This document shows positions 34,258 to 43,812 of a DNA stretch of 64,000 bases, one piece after another. The notes under the pieces are model-generated. The model made no database searches, had not been told where the DNA came from, and saw only the letters and a list, made by a program, of their open reading frames with translations. This stretch comes from Paludibacter sp. GTDB lineage: Bacteria; Bacteroidota; Bacteroidia; Bacteroidales; Paludibacteraceae. Position 1 is the stretch's first letter, and every line of letters begins with the position of its first letter. The stretch covers positions 4,938-68,937 of the forward strand of contig DAHXOX010000071.1 in assembly GCA_027364655.1 (NCBI GenBank), in the 5' to 3' direction. Position numbers and translations under genes: made by a program.

Positions 34258-34452
34258 CTAAATAATCTGTTTGTAAATAAACTTCATAATATTCTCGAAT
34301 CCTAAATCCATGACCCAAACTATCAATGCAATCACTACGGAAGCCACTAATACAACAACTGCACTGTTTGTAAGCTCTTTGTAAGATGGCCATGACACTT
34401 TATGAACGAGTTCGGTGTACGACTCCTTAAAATAACTAATCACTTTTTTCAT
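34258..34452 (-). CDS. secE: Preprotein translocase subunit SecE
   Basis: ELVHKVSWP followed by one TM helix. Confidence 0.96.
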   Translation of the reverse strand: MKKVISYFKESYTELVHKVSWPSYKELTNSAVVVLVASVVIALIVWVMDLGFENIMKFIYKQII

Positions 34453-34475
34453 AGCGTGTGGTTTTCTTTAAAATG

Positions 34476-34548
34476 CACGGGTCGTAAGATTCGAACTCAC
34501 GACACTCGGTTTTGGAGACCGATGCTCTACCAGCTGAGCTAGACCCGT
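34476..34548 (-). tRNA. tRNA-Trp(CCA)
   Basis: Cloverleaf folded by hand: ACGGGTC/GACCCGT acceptor, anticodon loop CTCCAAA, TTCGAAT T-loop. Confidence 0.97.
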
Positions 34549-34604
34549 AAATTAACAGTTCCTTGAGCTAAATAGACAATCTCAAACTGTTCATTAGGAT
34601 TAAA

Positions 34605-34636
34605 GATCCTGACAAGCATTTCCTCATGTCAGGATC
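34605..34636 (-). terminator. Stem-loop between tuf and tRNA-Trp
   Basis: GATCCTGACA/TGTCAGGATC 10-bp stem. Confidence 0.55.
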
Positions 34637-34711
34637 CTCATTTATTGATTCAGCTCTCATCAACAACCTTTATGCACATATCAAAAAGTAGTTGAATCGA
34701 ACACAACTTCA

Positions 34712-35899
34712 TTAGTCAAGAAGTTCAGTTATCTGACCAGCACCAACGGTACGTCCACCTTCACGAATAGCGAAACGTAAACCTAAGTCACAAGCTACCG
34801 GATAAATCAACTCAACAGTAATGGTTAAGTTATCACCAGGCATTACCATTTCGGTTCCTTCAGGAAGGGTAATTTCACCGGTAACATCCAACGTACGAAT
34901 GTAGAATTGAGGACGATACTTGTTATGGAATGGAGTGTGGCGACCACCTTCCTCTTTTTTCAAGATATATACTTGAGCTTTGAAGCGAGTATGAGGTTTT
35001 ACTTTGCCCGGATGGCATATAACCATACCACGTTTGATTTCTTCTTTGTCGATACCACGAAGCAATAATCCTACATTATCACCAGCTTGACCGTCATCCA
35101 AAATCTTACGGAACATTTCAACACCGGTAACGACTGATTTTTTTCCTTCAGCTCCCAACCCAATGATTTGAACTTCTTCGCCTGTTTTAATACGGCCTGT
35201 TTCAATACGACCTGTTGCGACAGTTCCGCGACCAGTAATCGAGAATACGTCTTCAACTGGCATCAAGAAAGGTTTATCGGTATCACGCAGAGGAAGTGGA
35301 ATCCATGTATCAACAGCTTCCATCAACTCCATAACTTTATCTTCCCATTCTGCAACGCCATTCAATGCACCTAAAGCAGAACCACGAATTACAGGAGTAT
35401 TATCGCCATCAAATTCGTAGAATGAAAGCAATTCGCGCATTTCCATTTCTACCAAATCAAGCATTTCAGGGTCATCTACCATGTCGCATTTATTCATGAA
35501 AACAACTAATTTCGGTACGTTTACCTGACGTGCCAAAAGAATGTGTTCGCGTGTTTGAGGCATAGGGCCGTCTGTGGCAGCCACCACAATGATTGCACCA
35601 TCCATTTGAGCTGCACCAGTAACCATGTTCTTTACATAATCGGCGTGGCCCGGACAGTCAACGTGTGCGTAGTGACGGTTTGCAGTTTCATATTCAACGT
35701 GAGCAGTATTAATGGTAATACCACGTTCTTTTTCTTCAGGAGCGTTGTCGATTGAATCAAACGAACGAACTTCAGAAAGTCCTTTTTTTGCTAATACAGT
35801 AGTAATCGCAGCTGTCAACGTCGTTTTTCCGTGGTCAACGTGGCCGATGGTACCGATGTTAACGTGCGGCTTGGTCCTGTTAAAATGTTCTTTTGCCAT
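34712..35899 (-). CDS. tuf: Elongation factor Tu
   Basis: [14 protein letters not shown] and NKCD G-domain motifs. Confidence 0.99.
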   Translation of the reverse strand: MAKEHFNRTKPHVNIGTIGHVDHGKTTLTAAITTVLAKKGLSEVRSFDSIDNAPEEKERGITINTAHVEYETANRHYAHVDCPGHADYVKNMVTGAAQMDGAIIVVAATDGPMPQTREHILLARQVNVPKLVVFMNKCDMVDDPEMLDLVEMEMRELLSFYEFDGDNTPVIRGSALGALNGVAEWEDKVMELMEAVDTWIPLPLRDTDKPFLMPVEDVFSITGRGTVATGRIETGRIKTGEEVQIIGLGAEGKKSVVTGVEMFRKILDDGQAGDNVGLLLRGIDKEEIKRGMVICHPGKVKPHTRFKAQVYILKKEEGGRHTPFHNKYRPQFYIRTLDVTGEITLPEGTEMVMPGDNLTITVELIYPVACDLGLRFAIREGGRTVGAGQITELLD

Positions 35900-35952
35900 A
35901 ACTCAGAAAATTATTTATTAATAAATAGATTGGGTCTCATCGTTCTTTTTTG

Positions 35953-36024
<72 letters not shown>

Positions 36025-36115
36025 AAACTCGCTGTTTCTTGTTTACTCAATATCTTTTATTCAAGACATTGTTTGCTTTGTTGTTTCAATAATAGCAACT
36101 CTTTAGTTGCTTTTG

Positions 36116-36188
36116 AGCGGGAAACGGGACTCAAACCCGCGACCCTCAGCTTGGAAGGCTGATGCTCTATCGACTGAGCTATTCCCGC
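36116..36188 (-). tRNA. tRNA-Gly(TCC)
   Basis: GCGGGAA/TTCCCGC acceptor, anticodon loop CTTCCAA; variant D-loop AGTCGATA and T-loop TTTGAGT. Confidence 0.95.
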
Positions 36189-36200
36189 AATAATTGTTTG

Positions 36201-36282
36201 TGGGCAGTGATGGATTCGAACCACCGTAGGCATCGCCAGCAGATTTACAGTCTGCCCCATTTGGCCACTCTGGTAACTGCCC
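36201..36282 (-). tRNA. tRNA-Tyr(GTA)
   Basis: GGGCAGT acceptor, anticodon loop CTGTAAA, long variable arm, TTCGAAT T-loop. Confidence 0.97.
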
Positions 36283-36471
36283 TTTTATTTTGTTCCTTTT
36301 CGCACCCCTTCTTCAAAAACCATTACATTCAATTTCGCAATCAAATGAAAAGGATAGCTAATGTGGCTCATTCACAAATATCTTTCTCAAACATGATGAA
36401 GAAAAACTTGTTGAAATCCCCTTTAATCATCATTTAAAAGCCGTTTTAACTTTCACTGCTAAAACGGCTTG

Positions 36472-36479
36472 CAAATGTA
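36472..36479 (-). promoter_or_regulatory. Promoter -7 box (TACATTTG) for the tRNA-tuf cluster
   Basis: GCAAATGTA on +, flanked by a T-rich upstream element, about 190 nt before tRNA-Tyr. Confidence 0.6.
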
Positions 36480-36617
36480 GACGTTTTTTTCTGAAGTACA
36501 AAATCTTCTTTCCCTTTTCTTTGAAAAAATATTATGCTCAATTTTTAATCTGAAATGAATTGATTCAACCAGAAGGATTCTGTTTATGTCTCAACATATT
36601 GAGTCAAATTCCCTTTC

Positions 36618-36911
36618 TTACTTTACTTTTTCTTTATGCTTCAAAATTTGTTTTTCAATCGCTTCAACAGCTGTATCGACGGCTTCTTCGAAAGTGTCGC
36701 ATACTTTTGAGGCAAAAAGTTCGTGACCAGGCACATTAATACGAACAGCGACTTCTTTATTAGCAGCACTTTCTGGTTTTATCACCTTAAGAATAACTTC
36801 AGCGGTGATTATTTCATCAAAAAAATGTTCGAGCTTCGTTACCTTTTTAGTAATGTGCTCTTCCAATTTTTGTGTAGCTTCAAACTTGATGGATTGAATG
36901 TTAACAGTCAT
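36618..36911 (-). CDS. raiA: Ribosome hibernation factor (HPF/RaiA)
   Basis: LEEHITKKVTKLEHF and FEEAVDTAVEAIEKQILKHKEK; ATGA overlap with the xerC stop. Confidence 0.93.
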   Translation of the reverse strand: MTVNIQSIKFEATQKLEEHITKKVTKLEHFFDEIITAEVILKVIKPESAANKEVAVRINVPGHELFASKVCDTFEEAVDTAVEAIEKQILKHKEKVK

Positions 36912-37801
36912 GGATGCCTCCTTTTTTGTGCCCTTGGATGGGCTTGTTTATAAATGGAATGTATTTGATCAAACGTTGTATGCGTATAGATCTCAGTAGC
37001 CGATAAATTGCTATGTCCTAATAATTCTTTTACCGCATTCAATTCTGCTCCGTTATTTAGCAACGTAGTAGCAAACGTATGACGTAGCACGTGAGGGCTC
37101 CGTTTCGAAAGTGTGCTTACTCCACTAAATGCGTTATGCACCTTATTATACACTAACTTTGAATACACCGGCGCTCCGGTTTTTAAAGTGATCAATCGTT
37201 CTGCAGGATGATCTATGGCATCATTACGCGTCGAAAGATAGCGCATCATTTCTGTGCTTAATGTTTCTCCAAAAGGGATAAGTCTTTCTTTGTTTCGCTT
37301 ACCAAGTACGCGTAATGTTTTACGCGAAAAATCAACATCAGAATCCTTGACACCAATCAGTTCAGAACATCGAATGCCCGTTTGATAAAATAATTCGATG
37401 ATCAATTTATCTCGTGACTCTTCAAAAGAATTTTCGAGCATATTGCTTTGGACAAAATTAATATCCTTTTCTTTGAAAAACAAGGGAAGCTGCTTTTTTG
37501 TTTTAAGCGACGTGAGTTTTTTTGTCGGATTGCTTGTTAATAGTGATTTATGGTTTAAGAACCGATAAAATGCTTTTAATGCCGACACTTTTCGATTCAC
37601 AGTTCGCGCAGTATCCCCGGCTTCCAAAAGAGAAACAATCCAAGCCCGCACCTGTATAGCAGTAACAGTTGCCGGATCGAAAGAAGCGACATCCTCTGAA
37701 ATATAACGAGCAAATTGGGTTAAATCTGTACGATACGATAATTCAGTATGAGAAGACGAACCTTTCTCATACCGTAAATATTGCAAGTAACGGTCGATCA
37801 T
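36908..37801 (-). CDS. xerC: Tyrosine recombinase, XerC-type housekeeping
   Basis: TGIRCSE (R), GKRNKER (K), PHVLRHTFAT (HxxR), LGH and TEIYTH (Y); SAM-like N-terminal domain; rpsU-xerC-hpf synteny. Confidence 0.88.
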   Translation of the reverse strand: MIDRYLQYLRYEKGSSSHTELSYRTDLTQFARYISEDVASFDPATVTAIQVRAWIVSLLEAGDTARTVNRKVSALKAFYRFLNHKSLLTSNPTKKLTSLKTKKQLPLFFKEKDINFVQSNMLENSFEESRDKLIIELFYQTGIRCSELIGVKDSDVDFSRKTLRVLGKRNKERLIPFGETLSTEMMRYLSTRNDAIDHPAERLITLKTGAPVYSKLVYNKVHNAFSGVSTLSKRSPHVLRHTFATTLLNNGAELNAVKELLGHSNLSATEIYTHTTFDQIHSIYKQAHPRAQKRRHP

Positions 37802-37856
37802 AGAAGCAAAGGTATTTGCTACAAAGATAACCTAAAAAAGCAAATTGAGGACGATC

Positions 37857-38048
37857 TTATTCCTGATTTTGCTGCAATTGTTGTACGTAGGCAGCATGAA
37901 TCACCTCTTCACGACGCTTTACAGAAGGCTTGGCGAAGGCTTGGCGTCTTCTTAACTCTTTTACCACCCCGGTTTTTTCAAATTTTCTTTTGAATTTTTT
38001 CAAGGCTTTTTCAATGTTCTCGCCTTCTTTTACAGGAACTACAATCAT
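37857..38048 (-). CDS. rpsU: 30S ribosomal protein S21
   Basis: VKEGENIEKALKKFKRK...KPSVKRR; TACCTTTG promoter box at 38093-38100. Confidence 0.98.
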   Translation of the reverse strand: MIVVPVKEGENIEKALKKFKRKFEKTGVVKELRRRQAFAKPSVKRREEVIHAAYVQQLQQNQE

Positions 38049-38529
38049 GTGAATAAATCAAGTTTTGTTAAATGTTTGATGAATTATGGCTGCAAAGGTA
38101 ATGAAAGGATCTGAAATGCACAACATCACCAAAAAATTATTTTTTCTTTGAGCCACTCCCTATCAAAGCCTCTGTTAGCAACATTATATCCACTAAGTTT
38201 CTCAATTAATTTAAGTCTCTTCATACATTAATCAAGTAAACAGTGAGTCAAGAATTCACAACGTATTCTATTCATTCAGAGCTTCGCAAAACAACCACAT
38301 CTTATCATGCAAGCTACAAAAGAGAACTTTATGTCCGAAAACATGTAAATACTTCAATCACCATAACTCTTGCTAAATTTAGCAAGGTGTGTGTGATACA
38401 CAAAAAACAGTGGCGCACAGCATACCTTATTCTGTTAAAATGGCACACTATCATAAAAAAAGAGCAGGTTCGATGTGATTTGCAGATAATTTTATATACC
38501 TTTGCACGGTTTTTAATGTAGCATTTACT

Positions 38530-39102
38530 GTGGGAAAATTTGATGCATATTCGATTCCATTAAAGGCGTTAACGACAGGCAGTCAAACTTTTGAATATCA
38601 TCTAAACAATGATTATTTCTCAAAAATAGACAGTCCTGAAGTGCGCAAAGGAAATCTTCATGCACTTATTTCAGTCAAAAAAAGCAGCACCGGATATGAA
38701 TTAATTTTTGAAATTAACGGCAACATTATTATCTCGTGCGATCGCTGCTTGGATGACATGGAACAACCAGTAACCATTCGAGAAAAACTATTTGTCAAGT
38801 TAGGCAAAACTTTTTCAGAAGAAGGTACTGATATTGTGATTGTTCCAGAAGACGAAGGTGAAATTAACATTGCTTGGTTTCTTTACGAATTTATCGTATT
38901 GTCAATCCCCATCAAGCACGTACATCTACCCAGAAAATGCAACAAAGCAATGACATCACAGTTACGCAAACACACAGCTAAAACGACAGAAGAATCCGAT
39001 GATAATCTACCAACAGAAGAAAGCGATACGTATTCAGAATCTGAAGAACCTGAACATGACGCCCGCTGGGATAAGTTGAAAGATATAATCGATAACGACT
39101 AA
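38530..39102 (+). CDS. yceD: YceD/DUF177 family protein
   Basis: CDRCL and EFIVLSIP motifs, DARWDKLK end; upstream of rpmF; TACCTTTG box at 38497-38504. Confidence 0.92.
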   Translation: MGKFDAYSIPLKALTTGSQTFEYHLNNDYFSKIDSPEVRKGNLHALISVKKSSTGYELIFEINGNIIISCDRCLDDMEQPVTIREKLFVKLGKTFSEEGTDIVIVPEDEGEINIAWFLYEFIVLSIPIKHVHLPRKCNKAMTSQLRKHTAKTTEESDDNLPTEESDTYSESEEPEHDARWDKLKDIIDND

Positions 39103-39115
39103 AAACTGATATAAA

Positions 39116-39301
39116 ATGGCACATCCAAAAAGAAAACATTCGAAACAACGCACAGCAAAAAGAAGAACGCACGACAAAGCAATTGTTCCAACTTTAACTG
39201 TTTGCCCAAACTGTGGTTCTATGCACATTTATCATACCGTTTGTGGTTCATGTGGCTACTACCGAGGCAAATTGGCCATCGAGAAATTAGCAAGTGCTTA
39301 A
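39116..39301 (+). CDS. rpmF: 50S ribosomal protein L32 (Zn-ribbon form)
   Basis: MAHPKRKHSKQR, CPNCG and VCGSCGYYRG motifs. Confidence 0.98.
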   Translation: MAHPKRKHSKQRTAKRRTHDKAIVPTLTVCPNCGSMHIYHTVCGSCGYYRGKLAIEKLASA

Positions 39302-39338
39302 GGCTTAGTTAGCTCTTTATGCTGACAGATAAGGAATT

Positions 39339-39374
39339 TGCCCTAAAACCCTACTGTTTTTAGGGCATTTTTTT
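39339..39374 (+). terminator. rpmF terminator
   Basis: TGCCCTAAAA/TTTTAGGGCA stem followed by a T7 run. Confidence 0.8.
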
Positions 39375-39581
39375 CTTTTGCTATTTTTGCTCCTAAAACC
39401 CAACTTCCCTGCCCTTGCAAACAGATAAAGATCCTTCAGGACTTTAAATGAACCGAGCATTAAATCAAGATTAACCCCATGAAGATGCTTATTTGCGCGT
39501 TCCATACATCCTTAGTGTAGGAAGATAAAATAAACGCATGAAATTTCAATGATTCTATATAAATAACTAACCAAATTCCGC

Positions 39582-40604
39582 ATGAATAAGATTTTTGCCA
39601 AAATCACAGGATTAGGAATGTATGTTCCTGATTATGTGCTAACCAACGAAGAGCTTTCTCGTATGGTAGATACCACTGATGAGTGGATTATGACACGTAT
39701 TGGCATCAAAGAACGCCACATTTTGAAAGAAAAAGGATTAGGCACTTCTTTTCTAGCAGCCAAAGCCATTGAACAACTCCTCAAAAAAACGAATACCAAA
39801 CCGGAAGAAATTGATGCTATCGTTTGTGCAACCGTAACTCCTGATCATAATTTTCCATCAACAGCTATTTTAGCGGCTGAGCGTGTAGGTATTAAAAATG
39901 CGTTTGCATACGATTTGGGTGCTGCCTGCTCAGGCTTTACCTTTGGATTACAGAGTGCCTCGGCATTAGTTGAATCAGGAAAATACAAAAAAGTGATTTT
40001 GATTGGAGCCGACAAGCTATCTTCTTTTGTCGATTATACAGACAGAAGTATTTGCCCACTTTTTGGTGATGGAGCAGGTGCTGTTCTATTAGAACCTACC
40101 GAAGAAGAAGTTGGATTGATTGATGCAAAACTCTATACTGATGGCATTGGCTATCCTCACTTGCACCTGAAAGCCGGAGGATCGGTATTCCCTGCCTCCC
40201 ATGAAACTGTGGACGCAAAACAACATTACATTTATCAGGAAGGACAAGTTGTTTTCAAATATGCAGTTATAAAAATGGCCGATGTGTCAGCCGAAATCAT
40301 GGAACGCAACAACTTATCCCACGATGATATTGCATGGGTAGTTCCTCATCAAGCCAACCTGCGCATCATCGATGCTGTCGCTAAACGCTTGGAAGTTCCC
40401 AAAGAAAAGGTAATGGTGAATATCGAAAAATACGGTAATACCACTGCCGCTACCTTGCCAATATGCCTCAATGAATGGGAACCTAAACTAAAAAAAGGTG
40501 ATAAAATCATTCTTACCACATTCGGTGGTGGATTTACATGGGGCGCAGCTTACATCATCTGGGCTTATGATGGAGAAGAAATGACAACCCAAAAAAAGAA
40601 ATAA
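39582..40604 (+). CDS. fabH: Beta-ketoacyl-ACP synthase III
   Basis: AACSGF (Cys), PHQAN (His) and YGNT (Asn) catalytic triad; GDGAGA and GGGFTWG motifs. Confidence 0.97.
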   Translation: MNKIFAKITGLGMYVPDYVLTNEELSRMVDTTDEWIMTRIGIKERHILKEKGLGTSFLAAKAIEQLLKKTNTKPEEIDAIVCATVTPDHNFPSTAILAAERVGIKNAFAYDLGAACSGFTFGLQSASALVESGKYKKVILIGADKLSSFVDYTDRSICPLFGDGAGAVLLEPTEEEVGLIDAKLYTDGIGYPHLHLKAGGSVFPASHETVDAKQHYIYQEGQVVFKYAVIKMADVSAEIMERNNLSHDDIAWVVPHQANLRIIDAVAKRLEVPKEKVMVNIEKYGNTTAATLPICLNEWEPKLKKGDKIILTTFGGGFTWGAAYIIWAYDGEEMTTQKKK

Positions 40605-40681
40605 AGCTATATTGTTACAACAATCTATCCGGAACTTTGTAACAATATGTGACTTATGCAAATTCCAAATTATACAACACA

Positions 40682-42022
40682 ATGAATATCGTCAGAAAAG
40701 ATATTGATGCATTAAACGCACAACTTCTTGTGCAAATAACCTCATCGGATTATGCCGAAAAGGTGGAAAAAACATTGAAAGATTACAAACGCAAAGCAAA
40801 CATTCCAGGATTTCGTCCAGGTATGGTTCCTCTCGGATTGCTCAAGAAAATGTATGGCAAAACCATTACGGTTGAAGAAGTCAACAAAGTGGTGAGTGAT
40901 GCTCTTAACGAGTATATCCGCGACAATAAGCTGAATCTAATGGGTGAAATACTGCCAAACGAGACAGAACAAGCGCAAATCAATTTCGACACCGACGAAA
41001 CTTTTGAACTTCTCTTTGATTTTGCCGTTACTCCAGAATTTGAATTGTCACTTAGCAAAGATGATTCAATTATTTATTACGATATCGAAGTAGAAGAACA
41101 AATGGTTGATGACCAAATTAAGAATATTCAAGATCGTTTAGGCACCCACGTTGATGCCGAAATGACGGAAGAAAAGGATTTGGTAAAAGGCGTTTTGGAA
41201 GAAGTTAACGATTCAGAGACAAAACATGTAGTTGTTGATGCAGTATTAACTCCATCACTCATGACTCCGGAACAAAAAGCGTTATTTGTCGGCAAGAAAG
41301 TTGGCGATATTGTGACGTTCAATCCTTCGGTAGCTTTTACAAATGAAACTGAAATAGCTACCTTGCTTAAAGTGCCGAAAGAAGAGGTTCAAAACTTCAA
41401 ATCAGACTTCACGTTTACTCTACAAAACATCAATCGTTTTCAACCTCATCCGTTAGATCAAGAGCTTTTTGATTTAGTTTATGGGAAAGAGACTGTGACG
41501 AGCGAAACAGAAGCTCGCGAAAAAGAAAAGGAAGCCATTATGACCATCATGGAAGAAAACAGTTTCTACCGTTTTGCAGATGATGCACACACTTACTTGT
41601 TGAAAAAACTGGCTGATGTAGCTTTTCCTGAAGCCTTTTTGAAAAGATGGCTGTTGGCAACCAACGAAAAAGTAACGGAGGAAATTATCGAAACAGAGTT
41701 TGACGCCATGCTCGACACGGTTAAATGGCAACTCATTCGGAATAAATTGGCCGAAACAAATGAAATTAAAGTTGGTCAAGAAGACTTGGAAGCCTATGCA
41801 ATCCGATCCATCAAAGCCCAATATGCTCAATATGGCATCACCAACTTCCCTGAGGATCTTTTAGTAGAATATGCAAAAGACACACTCAAGAAAGAAGAAC
41901 AAGCTGAAAAATATTTTGAACGAGTGTTAGATGAAAAAGTTTTTGCCATCGTCAAAGAGACAGTCAAATTGGACATTATTCCTATAAAGCTAACCGATTT
42001 TCACGCGCTACCTCGCAATTAA
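40682..42022 (+). CDS. tig: Trigger factor
   Basis: IPGFRPGMVP ribosome-binding motif; Bacteroidetes-type length. Confidence 0.95.
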   Translation: MNIVRKDIDALNAQLLVQITSSDYAEKVEKTLKDYKRKANIPGFRPGMVPLGLLKKMYGKTITVEEVNKVVSDALNEYIRDNKLNLMGEILPNETEQAQINFDTDETFELLFDFAVTPEFELSLSKDDSIIYYDIEVEEQMVDDQIKNIQDRLGTHVDAEMTEEKDLVKGVLEEVNDSETKHVVVDAVLTPSLMTPEQKALFVGKKVGDIVTFNPSVAFTNETEIATLLKVPKEEVQNFKSDFTFTLQNINRFQPHPLDQELFDLVYGKETVTSETEAREKEKEAIMTIMEENSFYRFADDAHTYLLKKLADVAFPEAFLKRWLLATNEKVTEEIIETEFDAMLDTVKWQLIRNKLAETNEIKVGQEDLEAYAIRSIKAQYAQYGITNFPEDLLVEYAKDTLKKEEQAEKYFERVLDEKVFAIVKETVKLDIIPIKLTDFHALPRN

Positions 42023-42040
42023 AGATCACAAAATAAATAG

Positions 42041-42088
42041 AAGGAAACCGGCAAAGCCACATTAAATGACTTTGCCGGTTTCCTTTTT
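42041..42088. terminator. Bidirectional terminator between tig and the PAP2 gene
   Basis: 16-bp stem AAGGAAACCGGCAAAG/CTTTGCCGGTTTCCTT with flanking T/A runs. Confidence 0.85.
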
Positions 42089-42092
42089 CTTG

Positions 42093-42773
42093 TCAAAATA
42101 TACAGGCAACAACCACTACCACAAAGAAGCCCAAGCCAATCCAAAAGAAATAACGAACATTTTTAGGCGACATACGAGCCGGAGATGCCATCCAGCGAAC
42201 CTTCTCCCAATGATGCGCAATCGATGTCATTAAAAAATAACTGAAGCCTCCTGAAGCCAAACCAATAACCGCTCCACCGATTACATCAAGCGGGAAATGT
42301 ACGCCAAGATACATGCGCGAATAGCACGTAATCAATGACCATGAAAAGAAAAGCCACGAAAGCAGCTTTTTGCGTATCAACAGAGTAACGAAAAAAGCAG
42401 CACCCATTGTATTTGCAGCATGCGAAGAAACAAAGCCATATAAACCGCCGGAGTAATTATGGACTAAACGCACCATCGATTGAATCGATGGATCATGTGT
42501 CGGACGCAAACGCGCTACTAAAGGCTTGACAAATCCTGACGCGATCTGATCGGCAATTAAAATGGTTAAGGCCAAAAACAAAATATACCCAAAGGTTCTT
42601 AACCCATTATTCTTCCATAAGAAAAAGAGTAACAGAATGGATAAAACTACCGGAAACAGTTTACTCGACATAAGCCAGAAAAACGAATCCGCCCACGGGC
42701 TGTGCCACCCGTTGATAGCTAATAAAAGATGTTTATCCCACTCAATCAGCGCATTGAAAAAAGGCTTGACCAT
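42093..42773 (-). CDS. PAP2-family phosphatase (lipid/undecaprenyl-pyrophosphate phosphatase-like)
   Basis: KPLVARLRP (C1), FVSSHA (C2) and SRMYLGVHFPLDV (C3) motifs. Confidence 0.93.
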   Translation of the reverse strand: MVKPFFNALIEWDKHLLLAINGWHSPWADSFFWLMSSKLFPVVLSILLLFFLWKNNGLRTFGYILFLALTILIADQIASGFVKPLVARLRPTHDPSIQSMVRLVHNYSGGLYGFVSSHAANTMGAAFFVTLLIRKKLLSWLFFSWSLITCYSRMYLGVHFPLDVIGGAVIGLASGGFSYFLMTSIAHHWEKVRWMASPARMSPKNVRYFFWIGLGFFVVVVVACIF

Positions 42774-42959
42774 ATTGATTTAGTTATTTGTTGAAATGAA
42801 CAGAATCCTCATATCTCTGATCTATTTGTTAGCAAGCTGAGTTTACAATTGACATCAAAGCATGGCTACAAATGTAACAAAAAAAAGAGGACACAAAGTT
42901 CCTCTTTCTTTTGTTCTGAATTTAAAATTCTGATTCAAAGGATAAAGTATCAAAAACAG

Positions 42960-43376
42960 TTAACCAATAACCATTAAATCAACACCTTCAAGCACAGAAT
43001 CACCTTTGGCAACTTTTATTTCAAGTACCTTTCCATCACGATCGGCATTGATGACATTCTCCATTTTCATGGCTTCAAGCAATAATACTTTCTGTCCCGC
43101 TTTCACAACATCGCCCACTTTCACGGCAATGTCAAGGATCACACCGGGAAGCGGAGACTTGATAGCTTCTGCTATTTCGCCTGCTACAGCATTGGATGCT
43201 TTTGAAGCAACAGATACAACAGGACGAACGATAGCTTGAGGCACAGCTTTAACCGGCTTTTCCATCTCAACCTGATAAGCAACGCCATTTACTTCGAGGG
43301 ATGCTACAGAATCTTCAACACTTACAACGTTGACTTTATATTCCTGCCCATTAATTTTATATGAATATTCTTTCAT
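42960..43376 (-). CDS. mmdC: Biotin carboxyl carrier protein (MmdC/1.3S-like)
   Basis: EAMKMEN biotinylation motif, SPLPG, Ala/Pro/Val linker. Confidence 0.9.
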   Translation of the reverse strand: MKEYSYKINGQEYKVNVVSVEDSVASLEVNGVAYQVEMEKPVKAVPQAIVRPVVSVASKASNAVAGEIAEAIKSPLPGVILDIAVKVGDVVKAGQKVLLLEAMKMENVINADRDGKVLEIKVAKGDSVLEGVDLMVIG

Positions 43377-43605
43377 ACCATTATTTTTTATTGTTTACAC
43401 TAAAGACATATGGAACTCGCAAATAATCATGGTTTTATAGTGAAGCCTGAATGAATGCTCGTTTCATGAGTAAATCTTATATTTTACCATTAAGATCACA
43501 TAGCCTCATGCTACATGAAAATAAGTTAGTTAAGTAATTGAATCATTGTGATTACATGAAAATCGATTCCATTTGCATTTGCTGATAACAGCATTCATGC
43601 ACGAG

Positions 43606-43791
43606 TCAATGTTTTTTTACCTGCAAAGGCTGACGCATTAACAATGCCTTGGAACTCCAGGGAGAATAGCCAAAGTTATTATATTGAATGGTCAGCACGT
43701 TGCTTTCGATGTCGTGCACCTCATCAGCCATTTCGTGTAAAGCTATCCCAATGGCAGCCAAAACAGCACCTTCTATTTCTACATTTTTCAT
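43606..43791 (-). CDS. Small soluble protein resembling the C-terminal tail of OadG/MmdD (gamma/delta) subunits
   Basis: AAIGIALHEM..EVHDIESNVLTI....YSPWSSK...LMRQP, as I recall from the Bacteroides OadG C-terminus; no N-terminal anchor region. Confidence 0.75.
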   Translation of the reverse strand: MKNVEIEGAVLAAIGIALHEMADEVHDIESNVLTIQYNNFGYSPWSSKALLMRQPLQVKKH

Positions 43792-43812
43792 AAATTCAAT
43801 AGTTTAGAAATA

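Noticed and set aside
36908-37801. Tyrosine recombinase next to a tRNA cluster, suggesting an integrated element
   Set aside because: It is about 300 aa, XerC-like, translationally coupled to hpf and downstream of rpsU, all housekeeping neighbours. I saw no att-like tRNA duplication and no cargo genes.
38441-38456. TGGCAC upstream of yceD as a second sigma-54 site
   Set aside because: No GC at the -12 position, and a good TACCTTTG sigma-A box explains the promoter.
38243-38521. 92-aa ORF in the rpsU-yceD spacer
   Set aside because: GTG start, no recognisable domain, and it runs across the yceD promoter.
39302-39581. 280-nt gap between rpmF and fabH as a plsX remnant
   Set aside because: No ORF or PlsX-like fragment. 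The gap is explained by a terminator and a TATTTTTG promoter box (39382-39389).
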